From Podarcis tiliguerta (Eukaryota): 64,000 bases of DNA. The stretch is from assembly GCA_965153285.1 (NCBI GenBank), contig OZ229116.1; one strand, 5' to 3'. The stretch's first letter is position 1. Every line of letters begins with the position of its first letter. A model generated the notes under the pieces. It worked only from the letters and a program-made list of their open reading frames with translations. It was not told the DNA's origin and ran no database searches. A program made the position numbers and the translations under genes. This document shows, piece after piece, positions 25,775 through 38,094 of this stretch.

Positions 25775-28177
25775 CTGGACTACAATTAAGGCTTCATTGT
25801 TCAAGTTTAAATCTTCACCAGGTATGATAGGATCCTTTGCTTCACAAGCTTCTTTATTGCTCAGAGTATTGGAATAATTTGCCTTTCTAGAGTCTGTAGT
25901 GAGAGAAACCTCCTGGCAGTAGGAGTGCAGAAATGCTCGGACTCCGTCAATCCCCACAAACTGTGAGATAGGAGCGCCACTGAAATTCACACTCCCCGTC
26001 TCAAGCAGCTGAGAATTTCTCCACCTGTGCAACTTGATGGCCAGTAAGACAAGGAGGAAGATAAAGAACAAGCAGGAGACAAAAGCCACTGCAAGGACCA
26101 GGTAGAAGGTGAGGTCAGACGGAGGCTCTACAGGAACTGAGATGCTGCTCAGGTCTGAGAGGATTGCAGGGATAGCGTCAGCCAGCACCACGGTCAGAGT
26201 GGCTGAAGCAGAGAGAGGTGGCTGCCCAATGTCCTTGACTAAAACCACCAGGCTTTGCTTGAAGGCATCTTTCTCCAGAAAGAAGCGGGCTGTCCTGATC
26301 TCTCCTGTGTGGAGCCCCAGAGTGAAGAGCCCTGGCTCGGTGGCCTTGATCAGCTGGTAGGAGAGCCAGGCATTCTGGCCAGAGTCCGCATCCACAGCCA
26401 CCACCTTAGTGACCAGGTAGCCTGGCTCTGAGGAGCGAGGGGCCAGCTCTATCCCCGTGGAGCCGTCGGTGGGAGGGGAGGGGTACAGGATTTGGGGAGC
26501 ATTGTCATTCTGGTCCAGGATGAAGAGAGTCACTGAGACGTTGGAGCTGAGTGATGGAGAACCTCCATCCTGGGCCTTTACACGGAACCGAATGTCTCGA
26601 AACTCTTCATAATCAAAGGAGTTCAGAGCATATATAACCCCCGTCTCAGAGTTAATGGAGAGGTAGGAGGAGAGGCGGGAGTCACTTCTTTGGTCGTCAG
26701 TGATGGAATATGTTATTCTGGCATTTTCTTCCCAGTCAAGATCATTTGCTCTTAAGGAAGAGACCATAGCTCCTCTTTGGTTATTCTCAACAAAATAGAA
26801 AGTATAGTCTGTTTTTTCAAAGAGGGGTGGGTTGTCATTTGTGTCTAAAACATGGAGTGTGATAACTGTGACTGTAGAAAGAGGGGGGACTCCATGGTCA
26901 GTAACAGTGACAGTAATATTGAAGACTGACACCTGTTCCCTGTCAAGGGCACCATCAGTCACCAAACTGTAAAAGTTATCCATGGACTTCTTTAGCTGGA
27001 AAGGGAGGTTGCTAGGGATTGAACATGTGATTTCCCCATTGATTCCTGAATCTCGGTCTTGGACATTTAAAATGGCAATTACCGTTTGGGATGGTGAACT
27101 TTCAAGTATGGTGTTGGTGGCAAAGTTAACTGATAATTCAGGTGCATTGTCATTCAGATCCGTGACAGATATCACAACTTTTGATCTGTCACTCAGCCTT
27201 CCTCCATCTTTGGCTTGTATCTCAAATGCATATAAAGATGATTCTTCATAATCAAGATTCCCAATAAGGATGATTTCACCTGTTGTGGAATTTAACAGAA
27301 ACATTTGGGAGTCTCGCTTTGTAATTTGTTGGAAAGAGTATTTGATGTCTCCATTGATTCCTTCATCCATATCAGTCGCTCTCACTGTCAAAAGTGTAGA
27401 CCACTTGGGGATATTCTCATGAACACTCACTTCATAGAGAGGTTGGCTGAAAACTGGTGCATTGTCATTTGCATCAATAACAATGATGTGGATTTGTAAT
27501 GTGCCAGATCTGATGGGATCACCTCCATCAGTAGCTGTGAGAAGCAGATCGTAAGCTGATTGTTCCTCTCTGTCCAGTGATTTTTCCAACACAAGTTCAG
27601 CAAGTCTGACACCATTTTCTTCTGTTTCCACATGCAAAGCAAAATGGCTGCTGCCTGTGAGGTGATACCTCTGCACTGAGTTTATCCCCCAATCTGGATC
27701 TTGAGCTTTGGGAAGAGGGATCTGGAATCCAGGTGTAGATGCCTCACTGATTTCCAGCTCCTGTTCCCTTATAGGGAAGTGGGGAGCATTATCATTTATA
27801 TCTGTAATTTCCACTTCAATTCCATAAAGCTTCAATTTGCTTTCAACAAGAACCTGAAACTTCAACAAACATTTCTCTGCCTCTCCACAAATTTCCTCTC
27901 TATCTATTCTCTCAGATATCTGCAAATGGCCATTGTTGGCATTCAAAGAGAAGTACTGAATCATACCTACAGGGTAAACAATGCGGAGTCCATGGTCTGG
28001 GAGCTGCTTGCCATCCATTCCCAGGTCCTTTGCAACATTCCCCACGGAAGAGCCTTTGTGCATCTCTTCTGGAATGGAGTAGTGGATCTGCCCAGAAACT
28101 GCCCTCCAATAAAACATCATGAAAAGGCACTGGAAGATTCCTTTTCTGCAATTCCACAGCCTCTGAGTTCCTTCCAT
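25775..28177 (-). CDS. PCDHGA: Protocadherin gamma-A-like variable exon
   Basis: ORF 25757..28177. Donor CAG|GTGAGC at 25775|25774. Confidence 0.95.
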
Positions 28178-28365
28178 CCTTGCAGCAGGTTAAAGGCTCT
28201 TAGATTCTGGTTCAAATGATGCTGTATCCAATTTTTTTCTAAGGAAAATGCACTTGCATTTCTTCTTTACACTGACAAGCAGCTTGTTCCTTCAGATATT
28301 TTGTGCTTGTGTTTAACGGAAAGGCAACTTCAATTGGGCAGGATTTCACATTTCTGCTCCGTTCT

Positions 28366-28405
28366 GGTGAACAGTGACACCCAGAGGATCAAGCCCAAAC
28401 TGCAA
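28366..28405 (-). promoter_or_regulatory. Pcdh CSE / CTCF site (CACT variant)
   Basis: GATCCTCTGGGTGTCACTGTTCACC upstream of ATG 28177. Confidence 0.8.
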
Positions 28406-31400
28406 AAACCTCACTTTTGAAAATTAAATAAACACCATTTCACTGTACTACTGCTATTATATGCAGATATAGCTAGGATAACTATTCTTTTTCCTTAGAA
28501 TTTACCCACTAAGGCTAAATAAGAGTGAGGACTTTTGTTTCTGTAATTGAAAAGGAGCAGGAAAGACTGCCCTTCCCCATTACTGGAAATTCTGGAATAA
28601 ATGTTATGAATCTTTCTCAGCAATGTTTTCTGCTGGCTTTTCTAAGGGAATATTCAATAGATTTTTTCTTGATGGAGTAACAACACTAGTAAACCACCAG
28701 TACATCCTTGTTACCTCTGGCTCTTCACTCCTCTCAGCTCCTATTTGTTCATTCACATCTCTAGGCTGTTTATCTTCAAACTGAATTTTTATTTTTAGGT
28801 AAGTGTTACATAAGCCCTACTTGGGCATACACTTTCCGTACATGAGCAAACACCTGAGGAGAAATATGGAGTGCTTCTTAGTCCTTTCCTGTCCAGCATT
28901 TCAGCTGTACACAATCTAGATCCTTCCATGAATTTGAGGACCAAGGTATGAGGTGGGGAGCTTGCTCTACTTGTAGGGGCCCCACACATGATTTAGAACT
29001 TTGCACCATCATGTTTTCTTTGTTTTCACTTGACGAGATTGTTCATATAGGGCTGTACTGGGAAGGAGATGTATATCATGAATGCCCCAGTTCAAATCAA
29101 ACTTCAACCATGAGTTCATTAGTTGTCCTTGGGCAAGACTCCCTTCCTCCTCTCTCTCTGGTTGAGTTCACACAGCAGTTTCCTCCATTTCCCTAACTAT
29201 TAACTTCTGCATTATATTCAAGTTTTCACATGGCATGAAAGCCACTTCATTTCCATGTTATTTAATTGCAGAAAAAAAATCCATTTGCTGCTCCCTTAAA
29301 CCAGAAAATAGCAGGAGTAAAGTGATGAAATTTGGGGCCGTATACATGGGGGACTGAATACATACACAGCTAAGGGTGGAATAGTGGCAATGTTCTCCAG
29401 TGATGTTCATTGTTGCATCACACCACACACACTGGAGTGAATGAAATTTAGTGGAACACAATATATTGCTCATATATTGATATGCTGATATATAGGTCAA
29501 CAATATACACATAACACAACTGGTACTGCAGTGTGAAAGCATCACTGGAAAACAGAAAAGAAGCACTAGCGTTCTGGACAGGAAAACTAATGCAATATTT
29601 GCCATATCTAAATGCATCCTCTCTCCATCTCATCCACAACATGAGGAAAATATTGCTGATCTATCTTTCTGGGTTATTGAAGAGTTACAAGGGAATATAT
29701 ATCAACCATTTTCGACACTAAAGTGCCCTATGAACACCAAGGATGACTGTACAGTGCAAAGAAGTCCATGTCCTCCCTAATTTATTGCTCACATTGTGCC
29801 TAGAAGACAATAAAGCCAAGATGAATGCTATTAAAGCCAATTATTATTACTACACCACTTCACATTACAGAGATAAAAAGAAGCAGGAAGAGATTGGTGG
29901 CACATGCAATGGGGTGGAGCTGTGGAGCCACCCTCCAACACTAGTGTTGTTGCTGGGGCTTACCTGGTCAGGGCTGGGCTGACACAACTGTGTGGTTGGG
30001 GCTGTGCAGGTGCACCAGCAGCCGTGCTAGATGTTCCCACAGTTAAAAGCACATGACTCCAGCCTCACTGCTGCCCCATCCAGGTAGGCAACAGTGCGTG
30101 GGGGTGGGGGGTGGGGTGAATTTACCAGCTGTCCATCACCATGCATGTCACTACTGCAGGTGGGTAACTTTCAATGGCAGCTTATGAGCTTATGTGTGAC
30201 AATCAGTTGTCAAGCTCAGAACAAGCATTATTAAAAACTAGCATGTGATGACCTGTTAAACAGTAGAGGTAGATGGTTGTCAGTCATCTTTCTTGGAGAG
30301 CTTGATGGTCTTCTGCTTCTTGTTGCACAAAATCAGCAGGACTACTAAAACTGCTATACTGAATTTGCTGAATGCTTTCCCCCAGAAGAAGAAAATCAAG
30401 AATCCGATCCACTAAGCAATGCCATAAAAGTTTCTTTCATCTTTCACTACAGAATATGCACTGGCAACAAACTTTTTGACACATTAGGCACAATCCAGCA
30501 TTAATGTATATGAAGCAGCAAATACAGGGGTATGCCGCTTGTATGTCCTTGCCAGATTGCCTTTCCATGGGAAAGCATTCCCAGCCAAAGAGGTGAGAGG
30601 TCATCTAACATTGTTATGACTCAATAGTCATTTGTCACCTATATTACTACAGCATGGAAGCATGACTAGAGATGGTATAGGTAGAAATACTAGCCACATG
30701 CACACTCACCTACATACATACTGTTGACCACAACTGTTCCAACTGGTCATAATTTCTAATCATACATTACAAATGCTCTTAGCTGTTCTGACTGTTAAGC
30801 AAAGGGGGAAGGAGATTTTGGGTTCATGATGCAGACATATTTGGGTCAGCATATAAGTCAATGCAGGGACCACTGTTTTTCCCTAATGCTCATTGCCTGT
30901 GTTTTGTCTTTCTAGTATATAGTTTTTGGAGGGGGGGAACTGATGCATTTTTAATTTATTTAAAATAATTATATAGTCCCTGTCCCACACTCAGAGAATA
31001 TCTAGGTTGTGTATAATATCACATATAAGCACCAGTTCAATGCAATAAAATGCATAATAAAATACAGTATATAATACTGTTGTCAGGAACTTAGTGCAGT
31101 TGAACATCGATTGCCAGCACATACTAGGTCACATAGATACATTTTTAAATGTTGATGGAAACACTGCGCCGCACATTGCTATTGAATTCAAAAGGGCAGA
31201 CTGTTGCACCACAGAGAATGCCATCCTCATGGTTGCCAGAACATGTACTGATGCAGGTAATGAGACCACCAGGAATGTCCCCACTGAAGATCTTGGTGAA
31301 CAGATGAATTGATATGAGAACAATCATTATCTTGAACAATCTTGCGCTAAGTTATTTTAGAAAGGATGAGGTAAAATGTTGGAGAATTTAGGAGTGCTTC

Positions 31401-31420
31401 ATTAATCTTTTGTGATATAT

Positions 31421-31582
31421 TGGGACAGTTTCCTTTGGGAGGTTGTGGACTCTCTTTCCTTGGAGGTTTTTTAAGCAGAGGTTGTATGGCCATCTGCCAT
31501 GGATGCTCTAGCTGAGATTCCTGCATTGCAGGGGGTTGGACAAGATGACCCTTGGGTCCCTTGCAACTCTATGATTCCATGA
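31421..31582 (+). mobile_element. CR1 LINE 3' end fragment (paralogous copy)
   Basis: Same sequence as 3435-3596. Confidence 0.7.
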
Positions 31583-32512
31583 GAGACAGACTACTTGCTC
31601 CACTCATTGATCACATACAGGCTGTGCACGAGCTCTTTTCATTCTGCAACCAGCATGCAGTCACAGGACCTGAGGGGTGCTTGTACAATTGACAGCTTCC
31701 ACCAATACTTCACCATATAATACATTGTGCTTTTCAAATCAGACCCAACTTTGTATGAGCTTTAATTTGTTTTAATCTATTCTGTTATGATTTTAACTTT
31801 CTATGTGCTTTAAATTATGGTTGTCATTTAAAAAATATTATTTTATTCATATTTAATAATATAAACGTTTAACAATGTAGAACATTTCTATACTCTCAAT
31901 CTGAAAAATACAAAAATACAGTTCTCCATTGTTAAAACTGGACAAATGTCCATCAGTTATAAATTATAACTGTCCCAAAAATAATTAGGAAAGGGAGACT
32001 TTTGCAGATCCCATACCCGTCATGGCTCTTACATGGCTTTGCGGCAAGATGTAAATTCCTCAGCTCTCAAGTCGCTTAACCCCCATCCGAGTTCCCAGGA
32101 GCTGACTGCTTCTTGGTCTCTTGACACAGAAAACAGCTTTTTCAAAGCAGCAGAGATTGATCTCTTGTTCACTCATTTTTCCAAGATGAATATGGAACCA
32201 AGACTTATGTCTGGCTATCATCAATCACCATGTAATTATATCTGTTGGCAGAAAGCCAACAAAATACGTTGATTCCGCTATTTCCTTCCCCACAGCACAT
32301 AAAAAAGCCATTTCCTTCCCCACAACACATAAAAACTTCCTAATATTTAATTTAATAGTTTAATAATAAGGAGAATTATGCCAATAACTAAAAAAATTGC
32401 AAAAAATATTGAAGAATATACTATGTAGGATGTTTTGGTGTTTGCTCTTCCATATATATTTTTAAAGAGAGAACATTAAAACAGCTACATATTCAATATT
32501 AGTTATGTTGCA

Positions 32513-32540
32513 AAAGAAAGAAAGAAAGAAAGAAAGAAAG
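32513..32540. repeat. (AAAG)7 microsatellite
   Basis: Direct reading. Paralogous position to 4627 and 9874. Confidence 0.9.
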
Positions 32541-32574
32541 AAGCACTGACTCCACTCAAACATGCTATGCTGTG

Positions 32575-32796
32575 TATGAAGAATGGCAGACAAAATTAAT
32601 GGAGTACGCAGAATTGGAAAAAAAATGACGGGAAGGATTCGAAACCTGTGTTACCAGATACTCACAGAAGATTGGAAGAACTATAAAAGCTATTTGAAGA
32701 GCAACTGTAATCAACAAATTACGCTAGTAGGACTACAAAAGGTTTTGTAAGGAGAAATATATGAAATATTGCAAAGTAGAGAAAGAATAGAGATAT
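32575..32796 (+). mobile_element. L1/Tx1-clade LINE fragment with a 9-bp target duplication
   Basis: Flanked by TATGCTGTG at 32566-74 and 32797-805. Encodes EEWQTKLMEYAEL/KMTGRIRN...EDWKNYKSYL, L1 ORF2 C-terminal-like with a frameshift. Empty paralogous site near 9920-9935. Confidence 0.7.
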
Positions 32797-33070
32797 TATG
32801 CTGTGGTCCCAGCTCATCACCCGAAGTCAGCATGACAATAGGCATCTAGATAATTTTGACAGAGCCTCCTCCATACTGAAATGGTGCCCCTCAACAATTG
32901 CTGGAAAGGCCATTCTATTAGCTCAGTACTACTCACTACCTACTTCCTTCGTGACATGGCCTAAATTGTCTAGGAAGCCACTTTGATAACATCCACTATT
33001 AACAAATAAACTCTCAAACAAGTGATAACACACCTAATCCCCCCCCCCCAAATCATGCAATATAACTCAC

Positions 33071-35500
33071 CGTGCTGTCATTTTCTTTTTCAGAAATTAA
33101 ATTGCCTCCACTAACCATCAAAGAAATGTCAGAGCTGCCATTGCAAAGGATGTTCTCTCCTATTTGGACTGTGGGCTGCAGGAAAGTCAGCTCATTCCTC
33201 CTGGATTCAGAAGACAGACAGACCTGGTAGGAATAAGGCAAAGTTCCGTCCTCATAATTGGGTGGGAATATGGCACCAGCCTTTGAATGGGGGTCAGGAA
33301 TAAAGCACTGAAGGAAAGTGGGGTTTCTTGACCTTCGAAGCTTCATCAGAATGGTCAGTATCACCGTCACCAGGAACAGAAAGGACACCAAGGTCAAGGC
33401 CAATACCAAATAAAACTGTAGATCAGACTGATACTCTGAGTCATTTGGTTGGGAGTTCATTTCCGGAAGAGCCTCCTGGAAGTTCTCAGCAAACACCAGG
33501 CTCAAAGTCGTGGTGGCTGAGAGAGGAGGATGCCCATTGTCCTTCACCAGGATGACCAGCCTCTGCTTCACTGCATCTCTCTCAAGTAATGCTCGGACTG
33601 TTTGCACCTCTCCTGTGTGGGAGCCAATGCTGAAGAGTGAGGGCTCTGTGGCCTGCAAGAGATGGAAGGAGAGCCAGGCATTGTGTCCCGAATCAGAGTC
33701 CACAGCCACCACCTTCGTCACAAGATAACCTGACTCAGCTGACCGAGGCACCATCTCAAAGAAAGGTGAGCCCTCGGTTGATTGTGAGGGGTACAGGATC
33801 TGCGGAGCGTTATCATTTCGATCCAAAACACATACTGTCACTGTGGCACTGCTATTGAGTGGTGGAGAACCTCCATCTTGGGCCTTCACTTGAATCTGAA
33901 ACTCCCTGAATTGCTCATAGTCAAAGGAGCGTTGGGCATAGATGATCCCGCTCTCAGAATTAATGGAGACATATGAGGAGAGAGGCAGGTCCTTGATGTT
34001 GCTGTTAAGGATGGAGTAAGTGATTCTGGCATTGCGATCCAGATCTGGGTCAGAGGCCTTGACGTGGAAAATTGAAGCTCCAGATGGGTTGTTTTCTGGA
34101 ACGTAGGCAGTGTAGGTTGATGTGTCAAAGGCTGGTGGGTTATCATTGATATCTGAAATCTGTATTGATATGGATTTGTGTGTGGAGAGTGGAGGTGTGC
34201 CTTTGTCTGTGGCTGTGATTGTAATATTATACTCGGGAGTCCTTTCCCTGTCAAGGGCACCATCTATGAGGAGCTTGAAGTAATTACTCGAAGATGAGAC
34301 TATCAGGAAAGGTACAAGTTCCTTCAGGTGACAGGTGACTTCTCCATTATCCCCAGAATCCCTGTCCTGAACTTTAATAAGAGCAATCACAGCTCCAGAT
34401 GTGACATCTTCCGGAACTGGGCTGGACACGGATGTAAGGATCACATCTGGAGCATTGTCATTCTCATCAAGAACCTCAATCTCCACATTGCAATGTGCCA
34501 CCAAGCCTCCTCCATCACTTGCCTGAATTTTCATCATATATTTTTGTCTGTCCTCAAAATCAACACTTTCTATGAGTGCTATTGTTCCGTCTCTGGGATC
34601 CAGATGAAACTTCTGCTCGGCTGTTTTTGGGATGTCTCTGAAAGTGTAAATGATCTCAGCATATGACCCTTCATCACTGTCAGATGCTTTGACTTGAAGC
34701 ACAGAGGTTCCTTTGGGTGCACTCTCCTTCAGGCTCACTTTATAGATTGTCTGGGTGAAAACAGGGGCATTGTCATTAATATCAACAACTGTTACCAATA
34801 TGTTGGCTGTTCCAGTTTTTGAAGGTTCTCCACCATCCATGGCTGTAAGGACCATGTTATGCATCTGTTCCTTTTCCCTGTCCAGTTGTTTCTGCAATAT
34901 TAGCTCTGCATATTTGCCACCATCATTGCTGTTTTGAATTTCTAGTTTGAAATATGGAGTGGAGCTCAATTGATAATTCTGGAGGGCGTTCATTCCGATA
35001 TCATCATCTTCAGCATTTCCAAGAGCAAATCGAGTTCCTGGCAGAGTAGATTCACTCAATTTAAGCTCAATATTTTCATTCCGGAAATGTGGGGCATTGT
35101 CATTGATGTCCTGGATTAAAATATTTACGTGGAAAATATTCAAAGGATTGTGTGCCACAACTTCTAATTCGAGGACACAAGTGGATGATTCCCCACAAAT
35201 CTCTTCCCGGTCCATCCTCTCATTCACATACAGGTTGCCATTTTGTTCATTCAGATCAAAGAATTGCTTTTCTGATGAAATACTAAGTTTGCGCTTTGAC
35301 AGCTCTCTGACATCCAACCCCAAGTCTTTAGCAAGGTTCCCCACAAAGGAGCCCTGCTCTGCTTCCTCTGGAACTGAATATTGAACCTGCTCAGACCCCA
35401 CCTGGCAGCAGAACACAGACCAGAATATGAACAGAAACAGTACTTGCCTCCTGGTGATCTCCCTTGTTCTCTCTGCTTGTTTTACTTCCATCACATCCAT
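33071..35500 (-). CDS. PCDHGB: Protocadherin gamma-B-like variable exon
   Basis: ORF 33053..35500. Donor ACG|GTGAGT at 33071|33070. Confidence 0.95.
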
Positions 35501-35733
35501 TGCCTTTCCTGATTTCTTCCTGCTTTCAGTATAGTTTGCAAGACTCCCAGTACACTTATGTCAGATAATAGAAATATTCTTCTTTTCAGCTGATCCTTGG
35601 GAAACTGAGAGCTTTCCTTTCTTGAGCAGCTTTTAAAATAAAAGCATTTCCTTTCTGCTCAGCTGAAGTGTTAAGAGAGAGAGAGACTGCTCCAAGAGTC
35701 TCAGAAATGCTGAGCCATGGCTGCTCCCACGTT

Positions 35734-35773
35734 GTCCAACAGTGACACTCTGAGTCCACACGGGGAACTGTTT
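35734..35773 (-). promoter_or_regulatory. Pcdh CSE / CTCF site (CACT variant)
   Basis: GGACTCAGAGTGTCACTGTTGGAC upstream of ATG 35500. Confidence 0.75.
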
Positions 35774-38094
35774 TTGCTATTTCTATAATTCTACATGGAA
35801 TTTTATCTCTAAAGTAGGCAATTGTTTGTTATATAAGTTCACCTTTAAATGCAATCAGAAACAAATTTCTTCTCCATCACTTGTGTGCATCCTCTTCACT
35901 TCCCAGTCCCTCACCATTCAGCATCATTACTTTATTTTCTTTCCTTAAAAAGAAGTGAAGAAAAACCATAGGAGTAGTAGAGACGGGATGCCTGTTGGTG
36001 AGGAGGGCTCATGAGATATAGAAGGTTTGTTTCCAGAGGCTTCTAATAGTGGTCTTCTAGATCATTTAAGGAGTGCAATTCCTTGTAATGGTACACAGGG
36101 TTTGTCAATGTCTCCTTTTTGGATAAGGAGGCAAAGGGAACTACACTTGACAATCTCTCTGGCAGGAAATTCCACTTCTGTGCATGCTCAGGAACATTAT
36201 TTCTGGTTCAAGGTTAGGACTTTCCTACCTCTGCCCATTGACGGTTACTACCAGCACCCCACACAAAAGTGATTTTTTTTCACTTGAAAAGGGGAAGAAA
36301 TGGCAGGGAGGTTTAGCTAACGGTACTGATGAACCCCATTTATACTTGAAATTAATTCAAAGAAAACTGGGTCCTCACTGAACTAAAGTGATTAAAAAAC
36401 ATGGGAGAGCTTATATTTAAAAACTTATGGGACCTGAACTAAAGCTAGCTGCACTCTTTATAAAAGAGTTAACTATTTCTAGCACCATTTCCCCAGAAAT
36501 GTTCCTAAGTGATAAATCATTTCCAGTTTCTCTCATACAATTTTGTATGAATCAAAGCATCCCCACCTCCGCTCCAGTGTAGTTTTCATTCTGCAATGAA
36601 TGGACTTCCAGGACATTGTCACAAATGGTCACCCCAACAATATCTCCAAAGTTCAGCCCCTACCACTTACAGCTGTGTCAATAACTTGGCACAAACCATA
36701 TAATGTTGTTTGGGGACATCTCTCCATCCCAGGACAGTTTTCTTGTGAGTTTCTTAATGGGGTCAGAAACACATCCCACAAATAAGTGTTGTCCAGCTTG
36801 GGATGTTTGGACATTGTCAAGCACTCTTCTTTTGACACCACAGACTCATATATTTTCTGGGATTCAAAATTCTACCCTCAGCTTATATTGCAAATCTCAT
36901 TGGGGCAGAACCCCCCCCCCCAAAAAAAAAGTTAGTGTGTTGCTGTTTTTTTCTGACACAGGGTGAAGGTTCCAAGTTATAAGGAGCATAACGCAACCAA
37001 TCTTATATGCAATTGCTTGCATTTTTTCTTTTTTATTCCCAGAGTCCCCTCCCCAATTAGGTCTCCTTATCTTATCATTCTAAAATATACAAACATCAAT
37101 AATATCTCAGTCAATAAAGAGTTAAGTAAAAGCATAACTGCTTTTGGAAAATGACATAATAAGCCTTTTGGCAATGGGAATATCAATATCAGCTTTCTGG
37201 AGGGAGTGCAGTGGAAAGGGGTTATTTACTATCAGAGAAGTCCCTATGAAGTACCATGGACATGCAAACAAGTCCACCAAAGTTACTTGCTGACTAGATG
37301 TTTGACTATCCTATCTGTCCATACAGACCACAGTAGGTATTTGTAGTGTACAAACTGCTTGAAAGAAAAAGAAAAATGAATCAGTTTGCTTCCAGCTTAA
37401 GAGCTTGTCTGCCTGAATGACTGGAGTGGACACTGACTTGTCATAGGCCTCTAGTTTCTAGTGCTCACGGAGCTAGTAAACGTATGTCTTGCCAGTACCG
37501 AGATAGGTGGCTGCTCACATTTATTGATATACTAGCTGTCTATCCATCCATCCCAAAGTTTGGAAATATCATGCAGAAATGAGATAAAAACAAAATACAA
37601 TAGTCAAAGCTAAAACAATTAAAAATGCACCAAATCCATCCGTAAATTAAACAGGAACCCACATACTGAAGTCTTGATCAACACTGGTCGGGAAATACAC
37701 TTCCACATAAAAACTAGGTGAGAGGAATAAAATTAGGCTAATAACTGTCTCCCAGGCATGATTGTCTGCAATATGTAGGGAACTATGTTTTCTTATAGAG
37801 GAGCATTCTGTTTTATGAGCCCCCACCAGCAGTCCGAAGTAGCACGAATGAGGCAAAGATTGGTCACTTAATGCATCAAGATAAAGATTTGATGAAAGAA
37901 GGATCACATACCCAGAAGGATCACAGAAGGATCACATACCCAGTGATGACTAAAAGAAGGAAGAGCTGAATGGAATAAAAAGAAGACTGACATAGTTGTG
38001 AATATAATGAGAAACCAGAGGCAAATGGGAAATATATTCTGATATTAATAAAACAAAACAAAAAAATCATGTTAATCTAAAATTGTTTGCTCAC

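Noticed and set aside
1-35500. Repeated units as uncollapsed haplotypes or assembly artefact
   Set aside because: There are more than two copies, each with private large indels, TE insertions and amino-acid differences. Read depth would be needed to exclude this fully.
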